IMG/VR virus record: IMGVR_UViG_3300030376_005178
Reading direction: 5' to 3' (one strand)
Length of the DNA: 56,789 nucleotides
From: an uncultured virus (IMG/VR IMGVR_UViG_3300030376_005178)
Taxonomy: Duplodnaviria > Heunggongvirae > Uroviricota > Caudoviricetes
The position numbers and the translations under genes were made by a program. Every line of letters starts with the position of its first letter. Position 1 is the stretch's first letter. Under the pieces are notes generated by a model, which ran no database searches, was not told the DNA's origin, and saw only the letters and a list, made by a program, of their open reading frames with translations. Below are positions 18,381 through 28,403 of the stretch, in pieces.

Positions 18381-19238
18381 TTACTCTTCAGAATCCGCAG
18401 AGTTATTTTTATTCGCTAAAGCAATTTGTTCAGATGCACTTGGTTGACCACCTGGACCCCATTCATTTTCCTCTGACTCATATGAAGTTTCATATGTTTC
18501 ACCAACTTCTGATGAAGTATCGGCACTCTTAACAGGATCATTACCAATACTAGTTCCTGTATCTACTTCTTTGTATGCAGAATTAAATACTCTGCGATCC
18601 AAAGAATTTATTGGACCAAAGAAATATCTATCATAAGTAAAGGTTACCTGACATTCAAGCACATTATTTCCGTCATAAGAAACAGGCATTGAAGATACAG
18701 CAACTGGAAAAGCATTCAAGAAAGTATATTCAACACTTCTAAAATGGTCTTTATTAAATTTTTGTATTCTTATAGTATCTACTTTATATTCTTCAGGATA
18801 CTGCATTCTATGATAATATGCAATATGAGTCCTATCTATTTGATCACTATTAGAACCGTAATGAGATCCAGACGCAATAAATTCATGCCATAACTCAAAG
18901 AATTCTAATGCCCTATAATCACTATCAACATAGAATGTAAAGGTTGCATCAGTAAATACTCTAGTATGAGCCATCTTTTCAACTATACCCATCCTCTGAC
19001 CTTCAACTTGTGAAGTAGCAAAAGAAGTTGCAGGTAATTCAGCACTATTACATAACAATCCAAGATCTCTACTAATAAAGAAATTACTAACTCTAGGTGA
19101 CTTAGAAGTAATATAACCTCTCAGTCTTTTCATTGAACCAAACCCATTAAAGAACACCTCATAATGGTTTGTAGTAGCAACCTTTTGGAATAGACTACGA
19201 ATTCGTTCAGTTTTTTTTACTCTTGGGTAAGCTGGCAC
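18381..19238 (-). CDS. Baseplate-tail tube initiator (gp54/gp19-like)
   Basis: LLCNSAELP, TFTFYVDSDY..LEFFELW and LNAFPVAVSSMPVSY tail-tube-fold motifs. Confidence 0.7.
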   Translation of the reverse strand: MPAYPRVKKTERIRSLFQKVATTNHYEVFFNGFGSMKRLRGYITSKSPRVSNFFISRDLGLLCNSAELPATSFATSQVEGQRMGIVEKMAHTRVFTDATFTFYVDSDYRALEFFELWHEFIASGSHYGSNSDQIDRTHIAYYHRMQYPEEYKVDTIRIQKFNKDHFRSVEYTFLNAFPVAVSSMPVSYDGNNVLECQVTFTYDRYFFGPINSLDRRVFNSAYKEVDTGTSIGNDPVKSADTSSEVGETYETSYESEENEWGPGGQPSASEQIALANKNNSADSEE

Positions 19239-19269
19239 AATAAATACCTAACGGGATCTTATACGATAT

Positions 19270-19704
19270 ATGGCTCGTTCAGGAAAGTTTAGACCTTCTA
19301 ATATAAAAAAGTATAAAGGGGACTATCGTAACATTATTTATCGTAGTTCTTGGGAAAAAGTCTTTATGGCATATTGTGACAAGAACGACAACATCATTGA
19401 ATGGGGTAGTGAAGAGGTTATTATCCCATATAGATCACCACTTGACGGTGGATTGCATAGATATTTTCCTGACTTTTATGTTAAAGTAAAAGATAAATCA
19501 GGAGTACCTAAGAAATATATTATTGAAGTAAAACCCAAAAGACAATGCACTGCACCGAAGGTTCAGAAGACTAAGAATAGAAAATATGTAAGAGAAGTGA
19601 TGGAGTATGCTAAGAACCAAGCAAAATGGGATGCAGCAAAGGACTGGTGTAAAGATAGGATGATGGAATTTAAAATACTAACGGAGGATAACTTAGGTGT
19701 CTAG
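19270..19704 (+). CDS. gp4: Head completion nuclease gp4
   Basis: KYKGD...IIYRSSWE...WGSEE..IPY...HRYFPDF...IEVKP signature; ATAAATA upstream. Confidence 0.9.
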   Translation: MARSGKFRPSNIKKYKGDYRNIIYRSSWEKVFMAYCDKNDNIIEWGSEEVIIPYRSPLDGGLHRYFPDFYVKVKDKSGVPKKYIIEVKPKRQCTAPKVQKTKNRKYVREVMEYAKNQAKWDAAKDWCKDRMMEFKILTEDNLGV

Positions 19705-20047
19705 ACTACAGCCAATTGTAGATAAAATGACTGGATTGCGAGATTCAGAAGAAATTATGCTGGAAGTTTTAGATGCTATACAGGATACTAAAACTATCAT
19801 GCCAGAAGAAGGTGGTTTCTATACCTTTGTATATCTACCAAAGACTCCTATGATTGAATATGATGAATTTCCTTTGATAGCATGTATGGAATTAAAACGA
19901 TGGGGATTTAGAGGATTTAACTATCATTGGAACACAATGAGAAATTATACATGGGCAGAAGTAGTTGGAGAATTCCATGAACTATCAGTTAGTGAGTTAA
20001 AAGATGCAAGAAGACTATCATATGCCAAATTCAAGCTAAATACATAA
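19697..20047 (+). CDS. gp2: DNA end protector gp2-like (short form)
   Basis: GFYTFVYLPKT...YDEFPLI...FRGFNYHW core; follows gp4. Confidence 0.6.
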   Translation: MSRLQPIVDKMTGLRDSEEIMLEVLDAIQDTKTIMPEEGGFYTFVYLPKTPMIEYDEFPLIACMELKRWGFRGFNYHWNTMRNYTWAEVVGEFHELSVSELKDARRLSYAKFKLNT

Positions 20048-20062
20048 AAAGAGACTACAATA

Positions 20063-21046
20063 GTGCCAGCTAATCTCGGAAAAATACAAAGATATCCAGA
20101 GGATTTGATTGATCACAAAAGTGATTACTTTCAAATCGAAATTCTAGAGCACAAAAAATCTGACAAAAAAGGTTTTGCTGCTATTACTAAAGATAGAGAA
20201 GTAGATGTTAAAGCTGAGGATGGGACAGTATCTAAGAAAACGGTACAAGATTTTGATACATTTACAGGAACACTAGCAGAGGGAAACACCACACAAGTAG
20301 GTAAGAAGTACGATAACTTACCAGCTAGTAGTGTTATTATTTTACCCATACCACAAAATATAAAGGATAGTAATGGAGCTAGTTGGGGTGAGAGTAAACT
20401 AAATGATTTTGCTGCTTGGGGTCTTAATAAAATTGGAGATGCGATGAATTCAGAGACTGGGATGGAACTATTAAAAAGTCCTGGAACTTCATTTTCAGAA
20501 GTAAAAAATGCTGCTCTTGGTACTAGAGGAGGTGCTATTGCAAATTATGGAAAAATGGTAATGGCTGCTTCTGCGGCTAATGCTCTTGGTGGAAATGTTA
20601 CTATAGGAGGACTACTATCAAGGGTTAGTGGTCAAGTTATTAACCAAAACCTTGAAATGGTGTTTAGTGGTGTTACAGTAAGATCTTTTAATTTTGGTTG
20701 GGATTTAGTTCCTAGAAGTATTGATGAAGCAAAAGTAGTTAAAAAAATACTAAGAACTCTTAAAATAGCAAGTTCAGCAAAAATGCATAAAGATAACTTA
20801 GGATTCTTAAATGCTCCTGATATATTCAGAATAAGTTATATGAAAGGTGGTTCAAAACATCCATTCTTAAATAGATTTAAAACATGTGCTTTAGAAAGTA
20901 TGAATGTTAACTATACAGGAAGTGGAACATATGCAACTTATCCTGATGGAACACCAGTTCATATGAAAATGGATTTAACCTTTAAAGAACTTAATCCAAT
21001 ATATGCTGAAGAACATGAAAAAGTAGCAGATGGAGGATTCTACTAA
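20063..21046 (+). CDS. gp48: Baseplate tail tube cap gp48
   Basis: IILPIP, NQNLEMVFSGVTVRSFNF, CALESMNVNYT and LTFKELNPIY motifs. Confidence 0.85.
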   Translation: MPANLGKIQRYPEDLIDHKSDYFQIEILEHKKSDKKGFAAITKDREVDVKAEDGTVSKKTVQDFDTFTGTLAEGNTTQVGKKYDNLPASSVIILPIPQNIKDSNGASWGESKLNDFAAWGLNKIGDAMNSETGMELLKSPGTSFSEVKNAALGTRGGAIANYGKMVMAASAANALGGNVTIGGLLSRVSGQVINQNLEMVFSGVTVRSFNFGWDLVPRSIDEAKVVKKILRTLKIASSAKMHKDNLGFLNAPDIFRISYMKGGSKHPFLNRFKTCALESMNVNYTGSGTYATYPDGTPVHMKMDLTFKELNPIYAEEHEKVADGGFY

Positions 21047-21675
21047 TGTCTAAGCACTATTTTAGAAATTTGCCAAATATTCAATACAAAAATCCCCTAG
21101 ATTCTAGTGTTACTAGAAAAAATGGAGTTATTGTAAAAAATATGTTTTTAAGAGCAAAACTTAAAGATGCAATATATTCCGACTTAACTTTCCTACAAAG
21201 TTATACAATCAAAGAAGGAATGAGACCTGATACTGTTGCTGAAGAAATTTATGGAAATTCAGAATTAGATTGGATTATATTAATGACTGCAAATATTATC
21301 AATGTTAGAAGCGAATGGCCAATGGATAGTAAAGTATTATATGATTACTGTGAACGCAAATATGGTACAAACTTAAATGCTACTCAATTCTACGAAACTA
21401 CAGAAGTAAGAGATAACCAAGGTAGATTAATTCTTCCTGCTCAATTAAGAGTAGACTCTAATTTCACCATCCCTGATCCAGATACACACAACATAACACT
21501 AAATCCTGTTATAGGTATTAGTAATTACTTAGTAGAAACAAGAGAAAATGAGAAAAAAAGGAATATTAAAATTATGAGAGAAGAATATATGACAATGTTT
21601 ATGATGGATATGAAAGATACTCTTGAGTATAGTAAATCTTCACAGACTGTTAATAAGAGATTAAAATCTACCTAA
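21046..21675 (+). CDS. gp53: Baseplate wedge subunit gp53
   Basis: YFRNLPNIQY, RPDTVAEEIYGNSELDWIILMTANI...WP motifs. Confidence 0.9.
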   Translation: MSKHYFRNLPNIQYKNPLDSSVTRKNGVIVKNMFLRAKLKDAIYSDLTFLQSYTIKEGMRPDTVAEEIYGNSELDWIILMTANIINVRSEWPMDSKVLYDYCERKYGTNLNATQFYETTEVRDNQGRLILPAQLRVDSNFTIPDPDTHNITLNPVIGISNYLVETRENEKKRNIKIMREEYMTMFMMDMKDTLEYSKSSQTVNKRLKST

Positions 21676-22228
21676 GTTTAGGTCCACTTGCCCAACCAAC
21701 TAAAACTAACCTCTCACCTTTGGTGACAGGTTCTGCTCTATGTGGACATCTAGAATCAAAAACTATACTATTACCTTTACCTTTAGGTAATTCACAATGC
21801 TTATTGCAGTAATCAACAATAATTAAGCCACCATCCTCATAATCCTCTGGATCAGATAGTTGAACACTCAAACTCAATTTTCTCCAGACTTTTTTATTTG
21901 GAGCAATACCATAATCACAGTGCCAATCAAAGTTACCACCTACTCCATATCTAAGAATTTGAAATTCATATAACTCTATATCAAACTCATATTTTTTATT
22001 AATAGTGTCAAATATACTACGACCTATAGATGATACAACACTATTTGATTGAGGACAATGAATATCACACAATCTAAAATCTTTTTGATCTAGATAATCA
22101 GTTTGATGGGTTTGCCAAGAATCCTCTGGCACACCAGAAAGATAAGTATCTATTTCTTTAATTGCATTATCACTCAGCGAAAGAACATAAAAAGGTTCTT
22201 CACGGGAATAATTAAATTCTTCACTCAT
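21668..22228 (-). CDS. 2OG-Fe(II) oxygenase (PKHD/P4H-like)
   Basis: FDWHCD, RKLSLSVQLSDPEDYEDG and HRAEPVTKGERLVLVGW motifs. Confidence 0.85.
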   Translation of the reverse strand: MSEEFNYSREEPFYVLSLSDNAIKEIDTYLSGVPEDSWQTHQTDYLDQKDFRLCDIHCPQSNSVVSSIGRSIFDTINKKYEFDIELYEFQILRYGVGGNFDWHCDYGIAPNKKVWRKLSLSVQLSDPEDYEDGGLIIVDYCNKHCELPKGKGNSIVFDSRCPHRAEPVTKGERLVLVGWASGPKLR

Positions 22229-22632
22229 TAAATCAATGCTTCAAGTTGAGATACAGTAGTAGCGTTGGTAATTGATGTATATGGTACTGAGGGGTTTGAT
22301 TTAAGTGATGCAGATTCCCCCTTCATATCTGCTATTGCCTGAATATCAACATTCTCTTTATTAATTGTAAGATATCTAGTCTCTAGAATTTCTGTAGTGA
22401 TAGTCTTAGCATCTGCAAGTTCTGCAATAACACTTTTACTCCCATGATAATATTTCCATGCAGATCTAAATGCTGTATTTGGTAGATCCGCAGCATCAAT
22501 CAGAGAATACTCTGATGCAGAAATATCTTTTGAGATAATAGCACTATCAGATAGAGCACAATCCACTGTGGGGATTACTACTCTACATTTGCCATCTGCT
22601 CCATTAAAGACTATGACTTTATCTCGTGCCAT
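22228..22632 (-). CDS. Hypothetical protein (possible tail-fibre accessory)
   Basis: DLPNTAFRSAW motif seen in phage fibre accessory proteins; 134 aa. Confidence 0.5.
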   Translation of the reverse strand: MARDKVIVFNGADGKCRVVIPTVDCALSDSAIISKDISASEYSLIDAADLPNTAFRSAWKYYHGSKSVIAELADAKTITTEILETRYLTINKENVDIQAIADMKGESASLKSNPSVPYTSITNATTVSQLEALI

Positions 22633-22634
22633 TA

Positions 22635-22796
22635 CTATGCACCAGCAGTTGCGGTTACAGTTTTAGCCCAAGGGTAAGCAATTAAAACCTTTGCTTTAGC
22701 ATCATCTGCATCCTTAGCATATACATCTGCTGTAAAATTGCCATTTGAGGCATCTTTATAGGTGCAAACAAAGTGATTTCCAGTGTATCCTGCCAT
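22635..22796 (-). CDS. Small hypothetical late protein (53 aa)
   Basis: Not in the track. MAGYTGNHFVCTYKDASNGNFTADVYAKDADDAKAKVLIAYPWAKTVTATAGA; TAAATA upstream near 22822. Confidence 0.55.
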   Translation of the reverse strand: MAGYTGNHFVCTYKDASNGNFTADVYAKDADDAKAKVLIAYPWAKTVTATAGA

Positions 22797-22830
22797 TTTT
22801 ATAAACTTAAGATATATGTTTTATTTAGGC

Positions 22831-23379
22831 TTATAGATCAACTTCACTCAATCCCATAGATCCAGTATACCATCCTGTAGCAATATACTTATCACTCATA
22901 GGAGGATTACCTCTATGTACATGAGTATAAGAACCTGGCCAAATTACCACAGTTCCTTTTGTTGGTTTAATTTTATATTTCTGATATAAAAACTCAGTTT
23001 CTCCACCTTCAGCGACATCATTTAAATATACCATCCATGCCATAATTCTTGTTGAAGTTACCCAACCAGTATTCTCGCTATGAAAATGATGATAACCTTT
23101 AGTAGGTTCAGTCTTTTGAAGTAGAGTAAGTGAACTTATAAATCTTTGTTGCTGAAGATAAACATATTCTTCAGAATATTCTTTAAGACATTCGTTAACA
23201 TATCCATTTAATGCTTGTGCCTCACCTGGAGAGAAAGCATCCATACATATCTGTTTATCATTGACAAAATTAAATTTTCGAGGGATCACATGAGGTGACC
23301 TCTCGATAAAATCAATAATCCAATCACAAAGATTGGAGTCTACGAATTTCTCGTAAACTCCAATAAAGTCATGATACAT
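22831..23379 (-). CDS. 2OG-Fe(II) oxygenase
   Basis: YHHFHSE, WMVYLNDVAEGGETEF and HVHRGNPP motifs. Confidence 0.85.
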   Translation of the reverse strand: MYHDFIGVYEKFVDSNLCDWIIDFIERSPHVIPRKFNFVNDKQICMDAFSPGEAQALNGYVNECLKEYSEEYVYLQQQRFISSLTLLQKTEPTKGYHHFHSENTGWVTSTRIMAWMVYLNDVAEGGETEFLYQKYKIKPTKGTVVIWPGSYTHVHRGNPPMSDKYIATGWYTGSMGLSEVDL

Positions 23380-24236
23380 TATTCTTCAGCTAACTGCTGG
23401 AAGTAGGAAAGTGCATCATCTTCAGCAGCAGGTGCTGCTGCAACTGCTTCAGGTTCACGATCAACATCCTCTTCTTCAACTACTCTTCTAGCAGGTGCAG
23501 CAGTAAGTTTTAGAACAGACTCAAGACGCTTCTTAAGTTCATCATAAGTCTTAAACTTATCAGCAGAAACTAACTCCTGTAAGGAATACTCCTTCTTCCA
23601 GAGTGCTTCTAGAGCATCATCATCCTTAAGGAGTGGTTTAGGAGCAGCAAACTCAGAACTATCATAGTTCCAGAAACCTGCTACCTTCTTAATCTTAACC
23701 TTAAAGTCTGCTCCTGCCCAGAAATCAAATGGGTTGAGAGGTGTCTCATCCTCAAATTCTGGTTGCATTGCACCCATGATCTTATCAAAGATCTTCTTAC
23801 CAAACTTGTACAAGAATACCTGACCTTCATTAGAAGGATTAGCAGGATCCTTTACAACATAGATGTTAGCAAAGTAAGAAAGCTTACGCTTTTGGTTACG
23901 AGCAATCTGCTTATCAGACTCTACTCCACTGTTCCAAAGAGTAGTATTGTGCTCTGAGCAAGGATCCTTAGCATTCACTGTAGTCAGTGAATTCTCAATA
24001 TACCATCCACCTGGTCCTTGAAAGGCGTGAGAGTATAGTTTTACCCAAGGGAGATCTTCTCCATCGGGTGCTGGTAAAAATCTTATTACGGCGTATCCGT
24101 TACCTGCTTTATCGACTTCAGGTTTCCAGAGACGGTCATCTCCTTTATTTGCTGAATTGGTTTTTTCAACCTCTTTAACAAGTTTGGCAGTAAGACTACC
24201 AAGAGATGATTGCTTTTTAAGCGATGCGAAAGACAT
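23379..24236 (-). CDS. gp32: Single-stranded DNA-binding protein gp32
   Basis: DDRLWKPEVDKAGNGYAVIRFLP...KYGKKIF-type motif, NYDSSEF, acidic C-terminal tail. Confidence 0.95.
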   Translation of the reverse strand: MSFASLKKQSSLGSLTAKLVKEVEKTNSANKGDDRLWKPEVDKAGNGYAVIRFLPAPDGEDLPWVKLYSHAFQGPGGWYIENSLTTVNAKDPCSEHNTTLWNSGVESDKQIARNQKRKLSYFANIYVVKDPANPSNEGQVFLYKFGKKIFDKIMGAMQPEFEDETPLNPFDFWAGADFKVKIKKVAGFWNYDSSEFAAPKPLLKDDDALEALWKKEYSLQELVSADKFKTYDELKKRLESVLKLTAAPARRVVEEEDVDREPEAVAAAPAAEDDALSYFQQLAEE

Positions 24237-24281
24237 AGATTTGGCCTGTGTTTAGTTAGATTTGGCTTTTTGTACGACTCT

Positions 24282-24310
24282 ATTATAGGGCGGTCATGCT
24301 CCCATGTCAA
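24282..24310 (-). promoter_or_regulatory. Sigma70-type early promoter for gp32
   Basis: Perfect TTGACA-17 nt-TATAAT. Confidence 0.8.
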
Positions 24311-24632
24311 TACCCTTACGGACTCTTTCTAAAGTGGTCTTCATGTTAGCAAACAGAAGATTACAATCAACATCCTTAGGGAACCCCATTACTATAGCAG
24401 ATTTCCGAACATTGTCAGCCATCTCCTTAGCACGAGGATCATCAGATAGTTTCATACGAGTATAAAGGATCTGCTGTTTTTCAAGCAATTCCATCAAAGA
24501 ATCTAAATGATCGACTTGTTCATCTAAAGGAAGATTAGGAAAATCGAATACCTTACTATAGATATCCTCTTGCATTTCATTGATAGTCTCCATCTCCTCT
24601 CGGACAATATCTGACTCAAAGAAATCTGTCAT
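24294..24632 (-). CDS. DUF1825-family protein
   Basis: FFESDIVREEM...YTRMKLSDDPRAKEM; usual position upstream of gp32. Confidence 0.75.
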   Translation of the reverse strand: MTDFFESDIVREEMETINEMQEDIYSKVFDFPNLPLDEQVDHLDSLMELLEKQQILYTRMKLSDDPRAKEMADNVRKSAIVMGFPKDVDCNLLFANMKTTLERVRKGIDMGA

Positions 24633-24664
24633 AACTCCTCTCTGAACACTACTATTTATCTGTA

Positions 24665-25165
24665 TTATACCATAGTTGCGACTAAAATCACCCTTCGGTT
24701 ATCCGCAGGAGTCTTCATATAATGCTCACCAGTAAATAGGATAATATCATCCTCTTTAGGATCATACTCTTCACCTTCTACAAAAGTAGATCCACCAGCA
24801 TCAGTAAAATACATCAATAAATTTCCATGATTAAATTGATGATCCACATGAGGTAAAGAAGACACAACTTCCTTCTCTGGATGAACAGCATTAACAGATA
24901 TTCTAATAAAACTATTCATTACTACATCATTATACTTAAGGATCTCCATTAACATTTTAACTACACCCTCAGTCTCTTGAGGATTATCAATTTTAGGATA
25001 TCCTTCAGTCTCTGGTCTTTTTATAAAAGCATGAGTATAAAAGGGCAAATCAACAGTAGAATTTGTCGTTTTTACATTATAATTCCAAGTAAAATCAGGT
25101 CCAGTAACCCAATTTTTAAATCCCAGATAATCTTTAGTTTTTGGATTTTTTAAAACTTTTATCAT
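24665..25165 (-). CDS. 2OG-Fe(II) oxygenase-like protein
   Basis: PHVDH...YFTDAGGST...H...RRVILV jelly-roll pattern. Confidence 0.6.
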   Translation of the reverse strand: MIKVLKNPKTKDYLGFKNWVTGPDFTWNYNVKTTNSTVDLPFYTHAFIKRPETEGYPKIDNPQETEGVVKMLMEILKYNDVVMNSFIRISVNAVHPEKEVVSSLPHVDHQFNHGNLLMYFTDAGGSTFVEGEEYDPKEDDIILFTGEHYMKTPADNRRVILVATMV

Positions 25166-25752
25166 AGAAATTTAATATTAAAACTTGCACTAATCCTTTC
25201 ATGATCAGTTTCATTAGGTGATGTATTATGAAGAAGCACAGAAGGCCACAATGCTAACAAACCTTTCTCTAAAGGAAGAGATTGAGTAAAATCTGTTATT
25301 CTAGAAATTATATAGTTACCTGCAAATAATCTATAAGGACTTGAAAAAAATAAGTTTCCATCTTTACCATTTGTTTGTAAATAATAAACTCCAGATATAT
25401 CATAATTTCCATGATCATGCATATGGATATACTTACCTTTTGTTGTTCTTGTCAACCATGAATTATGAACTACATATTCTAATTTCTCTTTAGATCCTAT
25501 TTGCTCCAAATAGGTCATAATATTGATATGCAAAAAATCTAAGAACTGAGTACAATCTTTAAGTTGATGATCAGCAAAGAAAGCATTATCTTTTTCTAAA
25601 CTTAACTCATTAGTGTCATCAGTCCATTGAGGATTTTGAGCAAACTTTACTTTATCATATACACTGAAAAGTTCTTTGTCTATAGCTTCATGTTGTGATC
25701 CATTTACCTTATCAATATAGATTGGCATTGGAAACCATGATAAAGTAGGCAT
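25162..25752 (-). CDS. 2OG-Fe(II) oxygenase (TIGR02466-like)
   Basis: HDH..YDISGVYY...WPSVLLHNT.PN...RISASFN. Confidence 0.8.
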   Translation of the reverse strand: MPTLSWFPMPIYIDKVNGSQHEAIDKELFSVYDKVKFAQNPQWTDDTNELSLEKDNAFFADHQLKDCTQFLDFLHINIMTYLEQIGSKEKLEYVVHNSWLTRTTKGKYIHMHDHGNYDISGVYYLQTNGKDGNLFFSSPYRLFAGNYIISRITDFTQSLPLEKGLLALWPSVLLHNTSPNETDHERISASFNIKFL

Positions 25753-25754
25753 TT

Positions 25755-26009
25755 TTATAAAGGCAATTTAGCTCTAGTGGTCTTCTTCATAAAGTTTAAT
25801 TGTTGTGCATCACACTTCAATTTCTCTTTAAGAGGTTTTGATATAAGTTTAGTAATAGAATCAATCTCAATGCTATTCTCTTCACAAAAAAGAACAATAG
25901 CATCTATGTAATTAATTTTTTCCTTTATGACAAGTTTCTCAATCTCTTGAGAAAACTTAGCAGCATTCATAAATTTCTTACTCAATGCTGCTGTAAATTC
26001 ATTTTCCAT
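25755..26009 (-). CDS. gp33: Late transcription co-activator gp33
   Basis: FSQEIE...NYIDAIVLFCEENSIE...ISKPLKEKLKCDAQQLNFMKKTTRAKLPL. Confidence 0.9.
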   Translation of the reverse strand: MENEFTAALSKKFMNAAKFSQEIEKLVIKEKINYIDAIVLFCEENSIEIDSITKLISKPLKEKLKCDAQQLNFMKKTTRAKLPL

Positions 26010-26676
26010 GTAATTGAAGTTGGTGAGTTAAAAAGTTTTCAATGTAAGTAACGAGTAGTCTCATATATTTCAACTTATCTCGTTCTTCATAAACAACACA
26101 TTCACCGTCTTCACATGCCATTATAATGACTAGTTTTTTGACAGCAATACCTGTTAGTTCATAATACATACACGCATATGCTGCTGCTTGAACAAAGTAA
26201 CCATCAATCCACTCTCGTGGTTTTGGTGCTTTAGAAGTCTTAAAGTCAATGACTGATAATTCTCCCTCATACTCTGCTATACAGTCTACCGTACCAGCAA
26301 CACCCAACTCTTTACTATAAAGAGATCCTTCTAAAGAGTGGATGTTATCAATCTTCTTAAGAGTAGGTTTAGCAATCTTAAATAACATATCTCCCATAGG
26401 TGCAACCTTAGGAAGATCTTCATTTAAAAGATAGTGTTCTGTCATGGTATGCATGTCAGTTCCACGAGCAGTTGCTTTACGAGTAATCTCGTTAGCTTTC
26501 TCCTCACCAACCTTTTTTCTCCACTTAGCAAACTTTTCTCTACTCCAGTGAGAAGTCACTGAAGTGATTGATACTAATTTTAAAAATTCATCCTCATTGG
26601 GAACTTTATAAAATCTAACTCCATCAATAGTTTCTCTCTCTAATCGAGGGAGATTCGCTGGTACATGATTAAACAT
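25999..26676 (-). CDS. PD-(D/E)xK exonuclease
   Basis: SITSVT...RGTDMH...AGTVDCIAEY...IDFKTS...YFVQAAAY. Confidence 0.85.
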   Translation of the reverse strand: MFNHVPANLPRLERETIDGVRFYKVPNEDEFLKLVSITSVTSHWSREKFAKWRKKVGEEKANEITRKATARGTDMHTMTEHYLLNEDLPKVAPMGDMLFKIAKPTLKKIDNIHSLEGSLYSKELGVAGTVDCIAEYEGELSVIDFKTSKAPKPREWIDGYFVQAAAYACMYYELTGIAVKKLVIIMACEDGECVVYEERDKLKYMRLLVTYIENFLTHQLQLHGK

Positions 26677-27431
26677 TACATAGACAGTGCGTGTTTCGTG
26701 GTTAGATACTCCTTACAGAGTCCAGATCGAACAATATCATCAAGACCAAATTCGATGCAGGAAAATGATTCCATTTGCTGCAATATTCTCATAAAGTCAA
26801 TGATACCATTTCGTTCTTTATCTCTGGTGAGATCAGATTGAGTGGCATCACCACAGAACATGATCTTAGTATCTTCACCAACTCTTGTTATTATACTATC
26901 TAACTCGTGAAAATTCAAGTTTTGGCATTCATCTACTATTACAATGGCACTATCAAGTGTAGTTCCCCTTATAAAAGAAGTACTCCAAAAGGAAATGGTC
27001 TCTTGGGTCTTGAGGTTTCCATACAACATCTCAAAGTCTGCATCAGTATTCATCTCAAACATGTATTTCACCATGTTCTTATAAGGAATCTGATATAGTG
27101 CAGACTTATCTTCATGATCTCCTGGTAGGAAACCAATCTCACGAGTACTTACAAGAGATCTAACCATGTAGATCTTCTGATAGGGTGTCGTATGATCTAA
27201 TACTTCTTTAAGAGCGTTATAGAGTGCGATAAAGGTCTTTCCTGTACCAGCACAACCATATGCAAAAAGATGTTTACCTGCCTGATAATCTTTAAAGAAT
27301 TGTTTCTGATTTTCTGTTAATGGTTGGATGTCATTTAAGAAATCACTACTAATAGGTTTCTTTCTTTTCATCTGTTTGGCAGTCATGCCAATACCAGTAA
27401 CAACTGAAGCAGTTTTTCTTTTGCGTGGCAT
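26676..27431 (-). CDS. phoH: PhoH-family ATPase
   Basis: GCAGTGKT, IGFLPG, RGTTLD, DECQN and CGDATQSDL motifs. Confidence 0.95.
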   Translation of the reverse strand: MPRKRKTASVVTGIGMTAKQMKRKKPISSDFLNDIQPLTENQKQFFKDYQAGKHLFAYGCAGTGKTFIALYNALKEVLDHTTPYQKIYMVRSLVSTREIGFLPGDHEDKSALYQIPYKNMVKYMFEMNTDADFEMLYGNLKTQETISFWSTSFIRGTTLDSAIVIVDECQNLNFHELDSIITRVGEDTKIMFCGDATQSDLTRDKERNGIIDFMRILQQMESFSCIEFGLDDIVRSGLCKEYLTTKHALSM

Positions 27432-27432
27432 A

Positions 27433-27687
27433 TTAGTCTAAAGTAAGTTTTTGGCGATTTCTACCTGTTTTTTGAGCTCTTGATAGAACTTCATTCCAAC
27501 CAGGTTTAGATTTTCTAAGTTTATCTTTCCACTCACCAACTTCTCCTACACCAGGCATTGTTGATGGATCAGACCAATCTCTAGTCCAATCGGGGTTATC
27601 TTCTGTCCACTTAGTCCATTCATGAACACTTAGAATGACTTCTTTTTGTTCGCCAGTCTCTTTATTAACAACGGGATAGGTAGCCAT
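27433..27687 (-). CDS. Conserved T4-like cyanophage hypothetical protein
   Basis: MATYPVVNKETGEQKEV...PGWNEVL; typical gene upstream of phoH. Confidence 0.7.
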   Translation of the reverse strand: MATYPVVNKETGEQKEVILSVHEWTKWTEDNPDWTRDWSDPSTMPGVGEVGEWKDKLRKSKPGWNEVLSRAQKTGRNRQKLTLD

Positions 27688-27710
27688 AAAACTTTACAAG
27701 GTAGTGTTAT

Positions 27711-28403
27711 TTAGAGTGGCACTAAATTGTGCTCTTTCGTGTTTTCCGAGTTATCAGGATTACTAATCAGTATATCAAATCCGACAGTAATCCTAGGAGT
27801 ATCTAATAAATGAGTAGTAGAATCATGAACAACCCAACTGGGGAACATTGTCATTCTACCATCAATATTTTCACTAGTATATACATCATTATTAAATGGA
27901 TGATAATAGTTAGTAGTAGTGTCATATGACTGAACTACAAAATTACCACTCAAATAACAATATTCGTGGTGAGCATGACAATGCTTATTGATCAATTGAC
28001 CTTTACGCATTACATTTGCCCAACATCTAACTTTTAATTCAGGATGTTTACCATTAGATTTAAAAGCATTGTCTATAAACTCCTTATGAAATTCACGAAT
28101 TTTTTCATGCAATTTCTTACATACAGGATAGTCCCATTTTAGCACATTAAAATGGTTAAACCTAGAAGTTAAACAGTCTTTACCTAATCCAACAGCACCA
28201 CATGCATCAAGTTCATCTTGGGATGCATCTGCCCAATAATCTGGATATTTCCCCTTAATTATCTGCTCTTCCTTTAAAATTATGCTAGAAAGAGATTTTA
28301 CATCAATATCAAGATCTTTCTCAGCAATATAATACCCCCATGTGGGGGCAAAAGGTGTCTGAGGGGTTTCGCAGAAAATTGGTGTAACTTTCGTCATACC
28401 CAA
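27711..28403 (-). CDS. 2OG-Fe(II) oxygenase (TIGR02466-like)
   Basis: WANVMR...HCH...LSGNF...FPSWVVH...RITVGFD. Confidence 0.75.
   Translation of the reverse strand: MGMTKVTPIFCETPQTPFAPTWGYYIAEKDLDIDVKSLSSIILKEEQIIKGKYPDYWADASQDELDACGAVGLGKDCLTSRFNHFNVLKWDYPVCKKLHEKIREFHKEFIDNAFKSNGKHPELKVRCWANVMRKGQLINKHCHAHHEYCYLSGNFVVQSYDTTTNYYHPFNNDVYTSENIDGRMTMFPSWVVHDSTTHLLDTPRITVGFDILISNPDNSENTKEHNLVPL

Noticed and set aside
24086..24310. 74-aa ORF overlapping the gp32 start
   Set aside because: It starts at the TTG of the -35 box and runs out of frame over gp32; spurious.
25999..26676. Cas4-like nuclease as a CRISPR component
   Set aside because: This is the standard T4-like cyanophage exonuclease between phoH and gp33; no array is present.
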